A stretch of 61,900 bases of DNA, filler included, from Candidatus Zapsychrus exili (GTDB lineage: Bacteria; Omnitrophota; Gorgyraeia; Zapsychrales; Zapsychraceae), in assembly GCA_030765585.1 (NCBI GenBank). It is 7 parts of 7 records of this genome, joined end to end, with 100 filler letters (N's around TTAATTAATTAA, not from the genome) between each part and the next. Parts side by side here need not be neighbours in the genome. Positions count along the whole stretch, not along the records: positions 19,620 to 29,567 come from JAVCCJ010000071.1; positions 29,668 to 36,510 come from JAVCCJ010000054.1; 5 more parts are not named here. One strand, 5' to 3'. A program made the position numbers and the translations under genes. Numbering within the stretch: the first letter of the stretch is position 1; every line of letters begins with the position of its first letter. This document shows, piece after piece, positions 19,872-32,319 of the stretch. Under the pieces are notes generated by a model, which was not told the origin of the DNA, made no database searches, and saw nothing but the letters and a program-made list of their open reading frames with translations.

Positions 19872-19945
<74 letters not shown>

Positions 19946-20111
19946 TATCACTATTATTATATATAGGGAAACGAGCCATTCAATAAATAATCTTTATATA
20001 ATACTAATATTATAAGGAAAAAGGTAAAAGTTAAAAGGCAAAACAGCAGAGCTTGTGAAACTCTAACAAATCAACCTTTTACCCTTTACCTTTTACGCTT
20101 CTTAAATTACT

Positions 20112-20261
20112 GTCATTCCGGCTTGCGAAGCAATACCGGAATCTCCTAATGTAGATCCCTGCATTCACAAATAAAATCTCAAAATGAGATCCCTGCATTC
20201 GCAGGGATATAAGCCCGAACAAGCAACTTGCGCTTCTTTTAGTCGCGCAAGTTGCGTTCGG
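20112..20261. repeat. Cluster of REP-like hairpins downstream of apt
   Basis: GTCATTCCGG..CCGGAATC; AGATCCCTGCATTC twice (20153, 20187); GCAACTTGCGC/GCGCAAGTTGC stem (20223-20255). Confidence 0.65.
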
Positions 20262-20795
20262 CTAATATTTTATAACAGAATAAATATCAAAATCCTTTAA
20301 CCTATCTTTTCCTTTTAAAAATCTTAATTCAACTACAAAAGCAATGCCAACAATATTTGCTTTCTGCTCTTTAATCAGATCAGACACAGCCTTAATAGTT
20401 CCGCCAGTTGCGAGCAAATCATCTACTATCAATACACGAGAATTCTCATCAATCGCATCTTCATGAATTTCAAGAGTATCTGTACCATATTCAAGATCAT
20501 AAGTAATGCCTTTTGTTTTATATGGAAGCTTCCCTTTTTTGCGAACTGGAACAAAACCAACGCCTAATTTATATGCAAGCGCTGCTCCAAATATAAACCC
20601 TCTTGCCTCAACCCCAACAATTAAATCAATATTTTCTTTCTTAAACTTCTTAGCCAATAGATCAACTGATTTCTTAAATGCAACCTTATCCTTAAGCAAC
20701 GTTGTAATATCTTTAAAAATTATTCCTTCTTTTGGAAAATCAGGAATATCACGAATATATTCTTTTAATTCCCCTTTTCTCATCTTATTAGCCAT
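20262..20795 (-). CDS. apt: Adenine phosphoribosyltransferase
   Basis: IPDFPKEGIIFKDIT, EARGF, VRKKGKLP, LEYG, VDDLLATGGT. Confidence 0.97.
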   Translation of the reverse strand: MANKMRKGELKEYIRDIPDFPKEGIIFKDITTLLKDKVAFKKSVDLLAKKFKKENIDLIVGVEARGFIFGAALAYKLGVGFVPVRKKGKLPYKTKGITYDLEYGTDTLEIHEDAIDENSRVLIVDDLLATGGTIKAVSDLIKEQKANIVGIAFVVELRFLKGKDRLKDFDIYSVIKY

Positions 20796-20810
20796 ATATT
20801 CCTCGCTTTC

Positions 20811-21638
20811 CTATTCGCTTTTATTCTTAGCGTTTGCTTCCCTTTGTTTTATTATTTCTCTTATCTTGGCAATTGTTGCTGCTTCAATTTGTCTAATTCT
20901 TTCGCGCGATACCCCAAGAATTCTTGCAACCTCAGCCAACGTACGCTTTTCTCCGTCGACTAAACCATAACGAAGCTCTAGTATCTTTTGTTCGCGATCA
21001 TTTAACATCTCCAAGAAACCTTTAGTTCTTTCTTTATTAAAAAGTCCTTCTAAATGATCATCAGGCGCAGTGATATTTTCATCAGCAATAAAATCTTTTA
21101 CTTGTCCATCTCCCTGATCTCCAACAGGAGCCTCCAAAGAAGACATTTTTGTTATAGAACCCTCTAGATTTCTTACTTTATCAACAGAGATTTTCATCTT
21201 TTTTGCAATCTCACCTACTCGAGGTTTTCTATTTAACTTATGCGTTAATTTCTCCATTACCTTTTTATACTTAAAAATTTCTTCGTTCATATAGACAGGT
21301 ACACGTATCATTTTTCCCTGATCTATAATGGCGCGTGATATGCCTTGCTTAATCCACCAAGCTGCATAGGTTGAGAAACGAAAGCCTCTCTTATGGTCAA
21401 ATTTCTCAACGCTTTTCATCAAACCTATGTTTCCTTCTTCTATTAAATCGCTTAAAGGCACACCAAGATTAACATATCGTTTCGCGATGCTAATTACCAA
21501 TCGCAAATTAGATCGAATCATCTTGTCTCGAGCGTCCTTATCCCCTTTTGCAATTTTCTTAGCCAGGTCTACTTCTTCTTCTGGTTTAAGAAGCGGAATA
21601 GGCCTTACATCTCTTAAATATGCTTTAATTGGATCCAT
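20811..21638 (-). CDS. RNA polymerase sigma-70 factor, RpoD/RpoS group, lacking region 1.1
   Basis: DPIKAYL, NLRLVISIAKRY, DLIEEGNIGL, RFSTYAAWWI, SRERIRQIE; ATG at 21638. Confidence 0.92.
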   Translation of the reverse strand: MDPIKAYLRDVRPIPLLKPEEEVDLAKKIAKGDKDARDKMIRSNLRLVISIAKRYVNLGVPLSDLIEEGNIGLMKSVEKFDHKRGFRFSTYAAWWIKQGISRAIIDQGKMIRVPVYMNEEIFKYKKVMEKLTHKLNRKPRVGEIAKKMKISVDKVRNLEGSITKMSSLEAPVGDQGDGQVKDFIADENITAPDDHLEGLFNKERTKGFLEMLNDREQKILELRYGLVDGEKRTLAEVARILGVSRERIRQIEAATIAKIREIIKQREANAKNKSE

Positions 21639-21784
21639 TGACTTGTCTCTAAAAGTGGTCGAGAGGTAGAGTGATAGAGTGGTAAAAAACAAAAACCAAA
21701 TAATAGCAATGCAATAATTTTCTTATTATATTATTTCAATTTTGCTACTTACCACTCTATCTCTATACCTCTTTACCTCTATTG

Positions 21785-24483
21785 TTAATATTTTTTATTC
21801 TCAAGTACTGCTTGTGCTGCTGCAAGACGTGCAATCGGAACTCTATAAGGAGAACAGCTTACATAATCTAAGCCAACTCCTGCGAAAAACTTAACTGATG
21901 CAGGATCTCCACCATGTTCGCCACAAACACCACATTTTAATTTTTTACGTGTTTTACGACCTCTCATTACACCTATTTTAACTAATTGCCCAACACCTTC
22001 TTGGTCAATTGATGCAAAAGGATCTTCAATAAAAATCTTTTTATCCATATAGTCTGGCAAAAAGTTTCCAATATCATCACGACTATAACCAAGAGTCATT
22101 TGAGTAAGATCATTTGTACCAAAAGAGAAAAACTCTGCTTTTTCAGCAACTTTATCAGCGACTAAAGTAGCACGAGGAATTTCCATCATAGTTCCTACTA
22201 AATACTTTACTTTAACGCCTTTTTTCTTAATAATTGCATCAGCAGTTTCTCTTGTTATTTCTTCTAATATATCAAATTCTGCCTTTGTTCCAATAAGAGG
22301 AATCATAATTTCAGGCAATACTTTGATTTTCTTCTTTTGCATATTACAAGCTGCTTCAATTATCGCTGTTACTTGCATTTTACAAATTTCAGGATAAGTA
22401 ATTGATAGACGGCAACCGCGGTGTCCAAGCATAGGATTCATCTCATGAAGAGCTTCAACTTTTGCCTTTACCTTCGCAGGAGTTATCTTTAATCTTTTTG
22501 CCATCTCAGCTTGTCCTTTAGCTTCGTGAGGTAAAAACTCGTGAAGTGGAGGATCTAATAAACGAACTGTTACAGGAAGTCCATCCATTGCCTTAAAGAT
22601 TCCTTCAAAGTCTTTTCTTTGGTAAGGAAGCAACTTGGCAAGTGCTTTTTCGCGACCTTCAACATCATTTGCTAGTATCATTTCACGAATAGCCCAGATT
22701 CTATCTCCTTCAAAAAACATATGCTCTGTTCTACAAAGGCCAATTCCTTCAGCACCTAATTTACGTGCAACTTCAGAATCTTTTGGAGAATCAGCATTAG
22801 TACGAACATTTATACGACGAACATTATCAGCCCATTTCATAACTTCTAAGAATATTTTACAAATTGGATGCTGACGAGCTTTTTTGTTTCCTTCAACTAT
22901 TCCAGCAATTACAGGAGACGAAGATGTTGCAACAGCTCCGATGATTATCTCACCTGTTGAGCCATCAATTGATACATCATCACCTTCTTTAATTGTTTTA
23001 CCTGAAACAGAAATTGTCTTTGTTTTGTAATTAATGTCTAAAGCGCCACAACCAACAACACAACATTTTCCCCATCCACGAGCAACAACTGCAGCGTGCG
23101 ATGTCATACCACCAGTTGATGTTAAAACAGCTTCAGCTGCCCACATACCACTGACATCTTCAGGAGAGGTTTCTTTTCTAACTAGAATTACTTTATTTCC
23201 TTTTTTAACCCAAGCTACTGCATCTTCAGCATTAAATACAATCTTACCGTTTGCAGCGCCAGGACCTGCTGGAAGACCCTTTGCAACAACACGTTTTGCA
23301 GCAATTGCAGCAGATTTTGCCTTTGGATCTAAAATAGGGAAAAGTAATTGATTTAAATGATCGCCTTCAATTCGAGATAATCCAACCTCTTCTGAGATTA
23401 GTTTCTCCTTTACCATATCAACTGCCATTTTAACAGCTGCAAGACCGGTTCTTTTACCATTTCTTGTTTGAAGCATAAAAAGTTTACCTTCTTGAATAGT
23501 AAATTCAACATCTTGCATATCTTTGTAATGCTTCTCTAATTTTAATCTTATAGCGTCAAGTTCTTTGTATATTTTAGGCATTCTCTTCTTTAACATTGAA
23601 ATTGGATCTGGAGTACGAATACCAGCAACAACATCTTCGCCTTGAGCATCAATTAAATACTCACCAAAGAATTTATTTTCTCCGGTTGCAGGATTACGAG
23701 TAAACGCAACACCTGTACCTGAATTTTGACCCATATTACCAAAAACCATTGCCTGAACATTTACAGCTGTTCCTTTTAAGCCATGCATCTTGTTAATATT
23801 TCTATAAGCTATAGCACGAGGGATATTCCAAGAACCAATAACAGCATTAATTGCTAGGCCTAATTGCTCACGTCCACAAGTAGGAAAATGTTTTCCAACA
23901 TTCTTTTTGTAAACTTTTTTATAAGCAAAAACAACTTCCTTCAATTCTTCAGTTGTTAAGTCTGTATCTAATGCTCTTTCGTATTTTTTCTTAATACGAG
24001 TTAGCTCTTCTTCGAAATCTTCGTGAGGAACTTCCATACAAACATCACCAAACATATTTATAAAACGACGATAAGAATCCCATGCCATACGCTCATTCTT
24101 TGTCTTTTTAGCTAATCCAATTACAACATCGTCATTAATACCAAGATTTAGAACTGTATCCATCATACCTGGCATTGAAACAGCAGCACCACTACGAACA
24201 GACACTAAAAGAGGATTTTCTTGGTCGCAAAACTTAGCGCCCATAGCTTTTTCAATCCTTATAATATTCGCATCAATTTCTTATCTAGCATTGCTGGTTT
24301 CTTTTTCCCATGCGAATAGTAATGTTCACAAACATCGGTTGAAATAGTGAAACCTGCAGGCACCGGCACTCCAATATTAGACATTTCAGCTAAATTTGCA
24401 CCCTTACCACCTAATAATTCCTTCATTGTTGACTTACCTTCGGCTTTTCCACCCCCGAAAAAGTAAACGTATTTCTTTGACAT
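21785..24483 (-). CDS. ppdK: Pyruvate phosphate dikinase, split by a 1-nt frameshift near 24281
   Basis: N-terminal part [21 protein letters not shown]; main part [54 protein letters not shown]. Confidence 0.95.
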
Positions 24484-24542
24484 CTTAACTTCCTTTCGTT
24501 TTAATCATAAACCAACACTTGGTGTTGGTTTGCAGTTATAAA

Positions 24543-25841
24543 TTACATCTTTTCCTTTAAATAATTCTTTAAATTATCAACAGAAACACGCTCCTGTTTC
24601 ATAGTGTCTCTATCCCTTACAGTAACTTGTTTATCTTCTATAGAATCTACATCGACCGTTACACAAAATGGTGTTCCTACCTCATCTTGTCGTCGATAAA
24701 GTTTGCCAATTGCAGCTGTATCATTATAAGTACAGACTAAATCACTTTGCAAATCTTCTTTGATTTTATGAGCCATAGTTACAATATCATTGTTTTTCTT
24801 TAAAAGCGGTAATATAGCCACCTTAATTGGTGCTAGCTTCTTATCTAGCTTTAAAACAACACGTAGTTTTCCATTTACTTCTTCTTCGCAATATGCATCA
24901 ACTAAAAATGCAAGAAGTGAGCGATCAACTCCACCTGAAGGCTCAATTACAAACGGAAAATATTTCTCGTTTGTGAAAGGATCTTGATATCGAAGGTCGA
25001 CTCCTGAGAATTCTGAATGTTGTTTTAAATCAAAATCTGCACGATGTGCAATTCCCTCGAGCTCAGACCATCCAAACGGAAATTTATACTCAACATCACT
25101 ACAACCTTTTGCATAATGAGCAAGCTCATCATCCGCATGTTTGCGTAATTGTAAGTTCTCTTTTTTTATACCTAATCCTAAATACCAATTAAAACGCTCT
25201 TGTATCCATTTTTCATGACACTCATCAGCATCTTTTGGATTTACAAAATACTCAAGCTCCATTTGTTCAAACTCTCGCATACGAAAAGTAAAGTTTCCCG
25301 ACGTCACTTCATTTCTGAAAGATTTTCCTATTTGAGCTATACCAAATGGAAGTTTACGACTAGTTGAGTTTATTACATTTTTAAAATTTACAAATATGCC
25401 TTGAGCTGTTTCAGGTCTTAGGTAGGATATATTTTTATCGTCTTGTAGCGCGCCTATATTGGTTTTAAACATAAGATTAAACGCACGCCCCTCAGTAAAA
25501 TTTTTAGCACCACAAGTAGGACATGTATCTCCAATATGATCTACGCGAAAACGATTCTTACATTCTTTACAATCGACCAATGTATCAGAAAAATTAGAAG
25601 TATGTCCTGATGCCTCCCAAGTTTTTGGATGCATCAATATTGCAGCATCAAGCCCAACAATATCATCACGATTATGTACAACTGCTTTCCACCACGCAGC
25701 CTTTACATTGCTTTTAAGTTCTGAACCTAGAGGTCCATAATCCCAAGAGCTTCCTAAACCGCCGTATATTTCTGAAGATTGAAAAATAAAGCCTCTGCGC
25801 TTACACAGAGATACTATTTTGTCCATTAAGTCGTTTTTCAT
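24543..25841 (-). CDS. glyQS: Glycine--tRNA ligase, homodimeric type
   Basis: KRRGFIFQSSEIYGG, YLRPETAQGIF, FRMREFEQME, IEPSGGVDR, YRRQDEVGTP. Confidence 0.96.
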   Translation of the reverse strand: MKNDLMDKIVSLCKRRGFIFQSSEIYGGLGSSWDYGPLGSELKSNVKAAWWKAVVHNRDDIVGLDAAILMHPKTWEASGHTSNFSDTLVDCKECKNRFRVDHIGDTCPTCGAKNFTEGRAFNLMFKTNIGALQDDKNISYLRPETAQGIFVNFKNVINSTSRKLPFGIAQIGKSFRNEVTSGNFTFRMREFEQMELEYFVNPKDADECHEKWIQERFNWYLGLGIKKENLQLRKHADDELAHYAKGCSDVEYKFPFGWSELEGIAHRADFDLKQHSEFSGVDLRYQDPFTNEKYFPFVIEPSGGVDRSLLAFLVDAYCEEEVNGKLRVVLKLDKKLAPIKVAILPLLKKNNDIVTMAHKIKEDLQSDLVCTYNDTAAIGKLYRRQDEVGTPFCVTVDVDSIEDKQVTVRDRDTMKQERVSVDNLKNYLKEKM

Positions 25842-26087
25842 TAATTTGCTCTCACTTCGTTCGAGACTTTACGATTACAGAAATTTAAAGAAAGATTACA
25901 GTGATTTAATCACTGTAATCATTATGAATCATTGAAATCAGCAGAGGAATAACGAAACATTTATTCCGATGCAATGAATTTGCTATTTTAGCCAAAAATT
26001 ATTTAAAAAGCAAGTAAATTTGTAGAAACAAAAAAGTATTAAAAATGATACTTTTTTAAAATAAAATATAAATTACTTATATTAATA

Positions 26088-26417
26088 TTAAATTTTACAT
26101 TTACAAGCTTTGGCTTTAAGTATTTCTTTTTGTTCCTTAACAGAATTAACAAAAATATCTTGTTTTGATAAACCACTTGCTTTTCTTTTATCAAGAGGAC
26201 TTCTGTAGTTATATCCTCTTCTTTCTATTTCTTTTACCAAATCCTCATGCCTTAAGAATAGAGCATTGAGTTTTCCACCCCACCTTAAAGTTTCAGGATG
26301 CTTTGAATAACCTTTTTTATTATTAGTTAAAATAGACCAAATCGCATGCAGCTCTCTATGTTCTCCTAAAAGATGACTTCTGCAAAGTTTTTGAGGAGTA
26401 ATATCCCATATTCGCAT
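26088..26417 (-). CDS. Pyrimidine dimer DNA glycosylase / endonuclease V family protein
   Basis: MRIWD..L..HLLGEHRELH..HPETLRW..RH..L..E..RRGY. Confidence 0.75.
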   Translation of the reverse strand: MRIWDITPQKLCRSHLLGEHRELHAIWSILTNNKKGYSKHPETLRWGGKLNALFLRHEDLVKEIERRGYNYRSPLDKRKASGLSKQDIFVNSVKEQKEILKAKACKCKI

Positions 26418-26422
26418 ATTAC

Positions 26423-28057
26423 TTATTTAACCAAAAGATTTTTTGATATAGTAAAGTAAAATGTTGAGCCTTCACCCTCTTTAGACTCGACCCGTATCTC
26501 TCCATTATGATCTAAAATTACACCTTTTACTATCGCAAGCCCAGTTCCCGTGCCTTCATATTCTATAGAATTATGAAGCTTTGTAAAAATTTCAAATATC
26601 TTATCTTGATCTTCAGCCTTAATTCCTATGCCATTATCTTTTACAAAGAACTCATAATAATCTCGTTTTTCTTTACAACCAATATTAATTTCAGGAATAC
26701 TACCTTCGATTTTAGACGAGAACTTTATTGCATTACTTATAAGATTAAAGAAAACTTCCTCCATCTTAATATGGTCACAAGTAATGTCTGGCATATCTTC
26801 CTGAACCTGAAGCTTAACATTATTTTCTAACATCATAAAATCTAACCTCTCTGCAACAGATTTTATTATTTCACTTATATCAACAGACCTATAAGGATTC
26901 TTTATTCTAGATATTCTAGTAAGCTCAAGCAAATCCTCTATTAATTTTTTTAACCTGTCTGCTCCCTTAAATATTCCCTCTATACATCTCTGAGCCTTTG
27001 GATCAAGTTTGTCCTTATGTTGATTATTTAAAAAAGTTCCATATCCAATAATACCTGTCAAAGGAGCCCTTATGTCATGACTTACTGTATGAACAAAACG
27101 ATCTAACTCTTTATTAACCTTCTCTAAATCCATTTTCTGCTCTTTTGTCGTCTTAAGATGTTCTGATAGTGCTTTATTTTTATTCTCTAGCTCTGCGTTA
27201 AGCTCGCCAAGTCGCTTCGCCATTTTATTAAAAGCCTTACTTACATCTCCTATTTCATCTTTTGAACCATCATTTAAACTCACAACAAAATCGCCTTCTC
27301 CAATTTGTTGAGCAGCATTAACTAAAACTTTCAAAGGTTTTAAAATGCTTCGTATTATTGAATAAGCAATAATTATACTCACAAACATACTTATATAAAA
27401 GCTAAGCCACAATATTTCTCGAGCTGCTTTTTCTTCATATTTTGCACGACTTAGAGAATTGGCAATAAATTGCTTCATACTCTCAACTAAATCTTTTGCT
27501 TTTCTTGTAACTTTCTTTTCTGCCTGATTAATTTGATCTATTTCCCCTAAAGACACCTGATAATTCTCAGAACTTACGAGTTTAATAAATTTTTTATTTA
27601 AAGCCTTGTAATAATTATGACTATCTTCAATATCCTTTAAGAATTTACTAGCCTCAACAAGTTCAGTTTTCTTTAAAGAAGGCTTAGCCTCTGCTTTGAT
27701 TCCTTTTTCAATAACTTCTTGAGCTTTTAAAATATCACCAGATATACTAGCGTTTAACTTATCAAATCCCTGTTGAATAAGTTCTATGTGATACAATAAA
27801 TACTCTCGACGAGCAGGTATCATGTCTTCAAAGGCAAGTTCTTCTGCAATTCGAATAATACGCTCAACTAATAATGCTTTTTCAAATTGATGCTGCGCCA
27901 CTGATGTAACAGCAGATGTTATCGCAACATCTTTTTTAACAACCTTATTTAATTCTTGTCCAATTTTGGATAACTGACTTAAACCAACTACAGTATTTAC
28001 GCACAACACAACTAAAAGAAATAAAATAAACGATGATATCTTGTTTGAAATTTTCAT
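26423..28057 (-). CDS. Membrane sensor histidine kinase (HAMP-HisKA-HATPase)
   Basis: Two TMs; DEIG..FNKM, VSHDIRAPL, NLISNAIKF, DNGIGI, GTGLAI. Confidence 0.95.
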   Translation of the reverse strand: MKISNKISSFILFLLVVLCVNTVVGLSQLSKIGQELNKVVKKDVAITSAVTSVAQHQFEKALLVERIIRIAEELAFEDMIPARREYLLYHIELIQQGFDKLNASISGDILKAQEVIEKGIKAEAKPSLKKTELVEASKFLKDIEDSHNYYKALNKKFIKLVSSENYQVSLGEIDQINQAEKKVTRKAKDLVESMKQFIANSLSRAKYEEKAAREILWLSFYISMFVSIIIAYSIIRSILKPLKVLVNAAQQIGEGDFVVSLNDGSKDEIGDVSKAFNKMAKRLGELNAELENKNKALSEHLKTTKEQKMDLEKVNKELDRFVHTVSHDIRAPLTGIIGYGTFLNNQHKDKLDPKAQRCIEGIFKGADRLKKLIEDLLELTRISRIKNPYRSVDISEIIKSVAERLDFMMLENNVKLQVQEDMPDITCDHIKMEEVFFNLISNAIKFSSKIEGSIPEINIGCKEKRDYYEFFVKDNGIGIKAEDQDKIFEIFTKLHNSIEYEGTGTGLAIVKGVILDHNGEIRVESKEGEGSTFYFTISKNLLVK

Positions 28058-28079
28058 AGCTAAATCCTTATAAAATTTT

Positions 28080-28138
28080 GTAGGGGCGGGGTTTACCTCC
28101 GCCCATTATTCTTTAGGGAGGACGCAAGACCCTCCCCT
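28080..28138. repeat. GTAG-type REP pair interrupted by IS110
   Basis: GTAGGGGCGG..CCGCCC and GGGAGG..CCTCCCCT; the expected terminal CTAC is completed by AC at 29374-29375. Confidence 0.8.
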
Positions 28139-28151
28139 TGTATGTTGTAAA

Positions 28152-29309
<1,158 letters not shown>

Positions 29310-29352
29310 AGTATCAATGAGCAAAAACCTTAACTAACTAAACAAAAAGTGG

Positions 29353-29358
29353 TTGACT
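29353..29358 (+). promoter_or_regulatory. -35 box of the IS110 circle-junction promoter (-10 at 28141-28146)
   Basis: After circularisation the junction reads TTGACT-17 nt-TATGTT. Confidence 0.8.
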
Positions 29359-29409
29359 TTTAACACAATCGCTACGTAACTATATATTTAAAATAAATTA
29401 ACTGTTAGC

Positions 29410-29567
29410 TCACTCAACCTTTCTCGTTATAACTAAATTAGCATCTGTATTCATAAACCCTTTTTCTAGAATGTCACCAACCGATACAGGCTCTTCAATC
29501 CTAAGCTTTTTTATTCTTGCCATTGCATCTGACAACAATTCTTTTGATATTGCTTTATCAGTTTTTA
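29410..29567 (-). CDS. DUF1667-like protein, C-terminal fragment
   Basis: KTDKAISKELLSDAMARIKKLRIEEPVSVGDILEKGFMNTDANLVITRKVE*. Confidence 0.65.
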
Positions 29568-29667
29568 NNNNNNNNNNNNNNNNNNNNNNNNNNNNNNNNN
29601 NNNNNNNNNNNTTAATTAATTAANNNNNNNNNNNNNNNNNNNNNNNNNNNNNNNNNNNNNNNNNNNN

Positions 29668-29996
29668 ATAAAGTTGTTCATATGGATAATTTTATGGATC
29701 GCATTAGTTTTAAATACACATTAAATCCTTTGGATGTTGTTGAAACAAAAGCACTAATAAAATTTCGAATGACCAGGGCGGGATATCGGGGAGCGGAAGA
29801 TCTGTTTTTGGACGAGGCAATAAGTGAGATATATGTAAAGACAAAAGGATATCCTAGAAAGATAAATATGCTTTGTCATAAGTGTTTAAAAGAATTAATT
29901 ATGAAAGATGAAAAAATAATTGATTTAGAAACAGTAAAAGACGTTCTTTTGAAAGAAAAACAGTGGGCATCAGCGACCAGAGAAAATTCATTATAA
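29668..29996 (+). CDS. ExeA/GspA-like AAA ATPase, C-terminal fragment
   Basis: DRI..LNPLD..ETKALIKFRM..AG..F..EAI..IY..TKGYPRKINMLC. Confidence 0.8.
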
Positions 29997-30070
29997 GAAA
30001 GTTAGAATAAATAGTAAAAAAAGTAACTTTTATCTTGAGCTCTCCTTCAGTTATTATAAGATTATAATAT

Positions 30071-30700
30071 ATGATTATAGAAAAGAAAGAAACTGCAGAA
30101 CAGAAATTACTTAAAATGATAGAGACTTCTTCGTTTGAGGGAGAGTCTGACTCTGCATTAGAAAGTCAGTCTACAAAGAAATATAACGTTTTAACTGCAT
30201 TAAAATTATCTAACAAATTTTTATATTTTGCTGTCATAGTAGTAACTTTATTTTTGGTTAATGAGGTCAAATTTGGAACAGAGATTACAAGTAGAAATAT
30301 TATCATTCCTAGTGTGAAGAAAATATTAGTAAAATCTATTAGCTTAGAGAGCGTTTTGCCAACCACACAAAATATTGCTTTCTATCTTTTTGGAGTCAAA
30401 AACAGAAATATTTTTCAGCCATACGAAAAGGCCACTTTAAATAAAGTCGTGAATGCTTCAGAGGAAAGTAAGCGAATAATGCAAATAACGCAAGGATATA
30501 AATTAGTTGGGGTTTCTTGGTTAGATGATGTTGAATCAGCTTCGGTGATGATTGAAGACACCGGTAAAGGCATAACCTACTTTTTGAAAAAGGGTGAAAA
30601 AGTTGGGGATATAATTGTAAAAACCATTTATGCCGATAGTGTAGAGCTAGGCTATGAAAATGAGGAGATAATAATTGGCTATGATAAACCACAAATGTAA
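30071..30700 (+). CDS. T2SS/type IV pilus accessory protein (GspC/PilP-like)
   Basis: Single TM; RNIFQP, YKLVGVSW..VMIED..YFLKKGE; upstream of the secretin. Confidence 0.55.
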   Translation: MIIEKKETAEQKLLKMIETSSFEGESDSALESQSTKKYNVLTALKLSNKFLYFAVIVVTLFLVNEVKFGTEITSRNIIIPSVKKILVKSISLESVLPTTQNIAFYLFGVKNRNIFQPYEKATLNKVVNASEESKRIMQITQGYKLVGVSWLDDVESASVMIEDTGKGITYFLKKGEKVGDIIVKTIYADSVELGYENEEIIIGYDKPQM

Positions 30701-32285
30701 TCACACGAAGTGGATTTTATCTTTTACTTCTTTGTTTCTTATTTGTTTTGTTGTTTTGGTGTTTTGTAGTTCTAGCTTTGCGGCAGATCCAAAACCTATC
30801 GTTATTTTAAACAGCGAAGAATCTATTCTTGATCGTATGGAAAGATCCATAAGCCTTGATGTTAGAGATATGAATATTATTGATGTTATTAAATTTCTAG
30901 CTTTAAAAGGCGAGTTTAATATTGTAGTAAGTCCAGCTGTAGAAGGCAGGTCTACAGTTCTTTTAAAGAGAGTTTCCATTCATGATGCTCTAGACATTAT
31001 TGTTATTTCCAATCATCTTGCTTATAAGGTTGATAAGAACATTGTTCAAGTTATGTCTGAGATAGAATATGAAGCTTTGGTTGGAAAGAAGTTTAGCGAT
31101 CAGAGAGAAGTTGAGATTATTCGTTTAAATTATTCAAAACCAACGTATGTTCTTGCTGCTTTAGATAATATAAAAAGTAACATTGGAAAAATAATAATAG
31201 ACGAAGATACAGGCTCTGTTGTTTTGATTGACACCCCAGAAGCAATTGTCAAGATGAAAGAATCTCTTTTTGAAATAGAAAGACCTCTTAAGACATTTGT
31301 TTACGAAGTTCAATATGCAGAAGCTGATGCTTTAGCTATTAAATTAAGAAGTCGTATTGATGCTAAGGCAGTGGGTTCAATTACTCCAGATGAGAGATCT
31401 AATAAGCTTGTTATACGAGCTTTTCCGGATAGGATTAAGGAAGTAAGAGCTATTTTAAAAGAATTAGATGAATCAACTAAAGAGGTTTTGGTTGATGCCA
31501 AAATCCTTTCTATTACTTTGAAACCAAGATATGATGCTGGAATTGATTGGCAGTTAGATTTTCGTAATGTTGGAAATGATGAGCTGGAGAAATTAAGTTT
31601 TGAAAATATGTTTTTGAATAAAGATAGTATGTCAGGAAGCGATCAGTTGTATTCAAATTTTGGACAAATTGCTGTTGGAGATTTTGATGTAGATAATTTT
31701 GAGATGTCGGTTCGTTCTTTAGAGCAAGTTAGTGACACAAAAATTTTATCAAATCCACAACTTTTAGTTACAAATAATCAAGAAGCCAAGATACATATTG
31801 GAGACACTGTTCCTTATATTATATCAACTACATCAGGAACAGGGGACAATGCTGTAACTAGTGAGGATGTTAGGTTTGTGGATGTTGGTATTAAATTGCA
31901 TGTAATGCCTACTATTAATGACGAAGGTTTTGTTACAATGCGTCTTAAACCAGAAATTTCAACAGTTGTTGGTACTATAACCTCTCAAGGAGGAGGAATT
32001 CCTCAGGTTAATAAAACAGAGGTTGAAACAACTGTAATGGTTAAAGATGGCAATACCATTGCTATGGGCGGCTTGAAGAAAGATAACAAAATTCATACTA
32101 AAAAGGGATTTCCAGTCTTAATGGATCTTCCAGTTTTGGGATTTTTATTTGGCAGAACAAGCGATGATTTTGAGCAAAAGGAAATTGTTATCTTTATAAC
32201 TCCTCATATTGTTACTGGAAGAAATGAAGATATGGAAAAAATAAAAGGTGAAATAAAACCTTTTAAATCATACAGTACAGACTAA
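30675..32285 (+). CDS. Secretin (PilQ/GspD family)
   Basis: ISLDVRD, DERSNKLVI, GIDW, SNPQLLVTNNQEAKIHIG, GIKLHVMP, PVLGFLF, IFITPHIV. Confidence 0.93.
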   Translation: MAMINHKCNHTKWILSFTSLFLICFVVLVFCSSSFAADPKPIVILNSEESILDRMERSISLDVRDMNIIDVIKFLALKGEFNIVVSPAVEGRSTVLLKRVSIHDALDIIVISNHLAYKVDKNIVQVMSEIEYEALVGKKFSDQREVEIIRLNYSKPTYVLAALDNIKSNIGKIIIDEDTGSVVLIDTPEAIVKMKESLFEIERPLKTFVYEVQYAEADALAIKLRSRIDAKAVGSITPDERSNKLVIRAFPDRIKEVRAILKELDESTKEVLVDAKILSITLKPRYDAGIDWQLDFRNVGNDELEKLSFENMFLNKDSMSGSDQLYSNFGQIAVGDFDVDNFEMSVRSLEQVSDTKILSNPQLLVTNNQEAKIHIGDTVPYIISTTSGTGDNAVTSEDVRFVDVGIKLHVMPTINDEGFVTMRLKPEISTVVGTITSQGGGIPQVNKTEVETTVMVKDGNTIAMGGLKKDNKIHTKKGFPVLMDLPVLGFLFGRTSDDFEQKEIVIFITPHIVTGRNEDMEKIKGEIKPFKSYSTD

Positions 32286-32319
32286 GTAATTATAGAAAGA
32301 ATTGTAAAAAAAATAGGTT

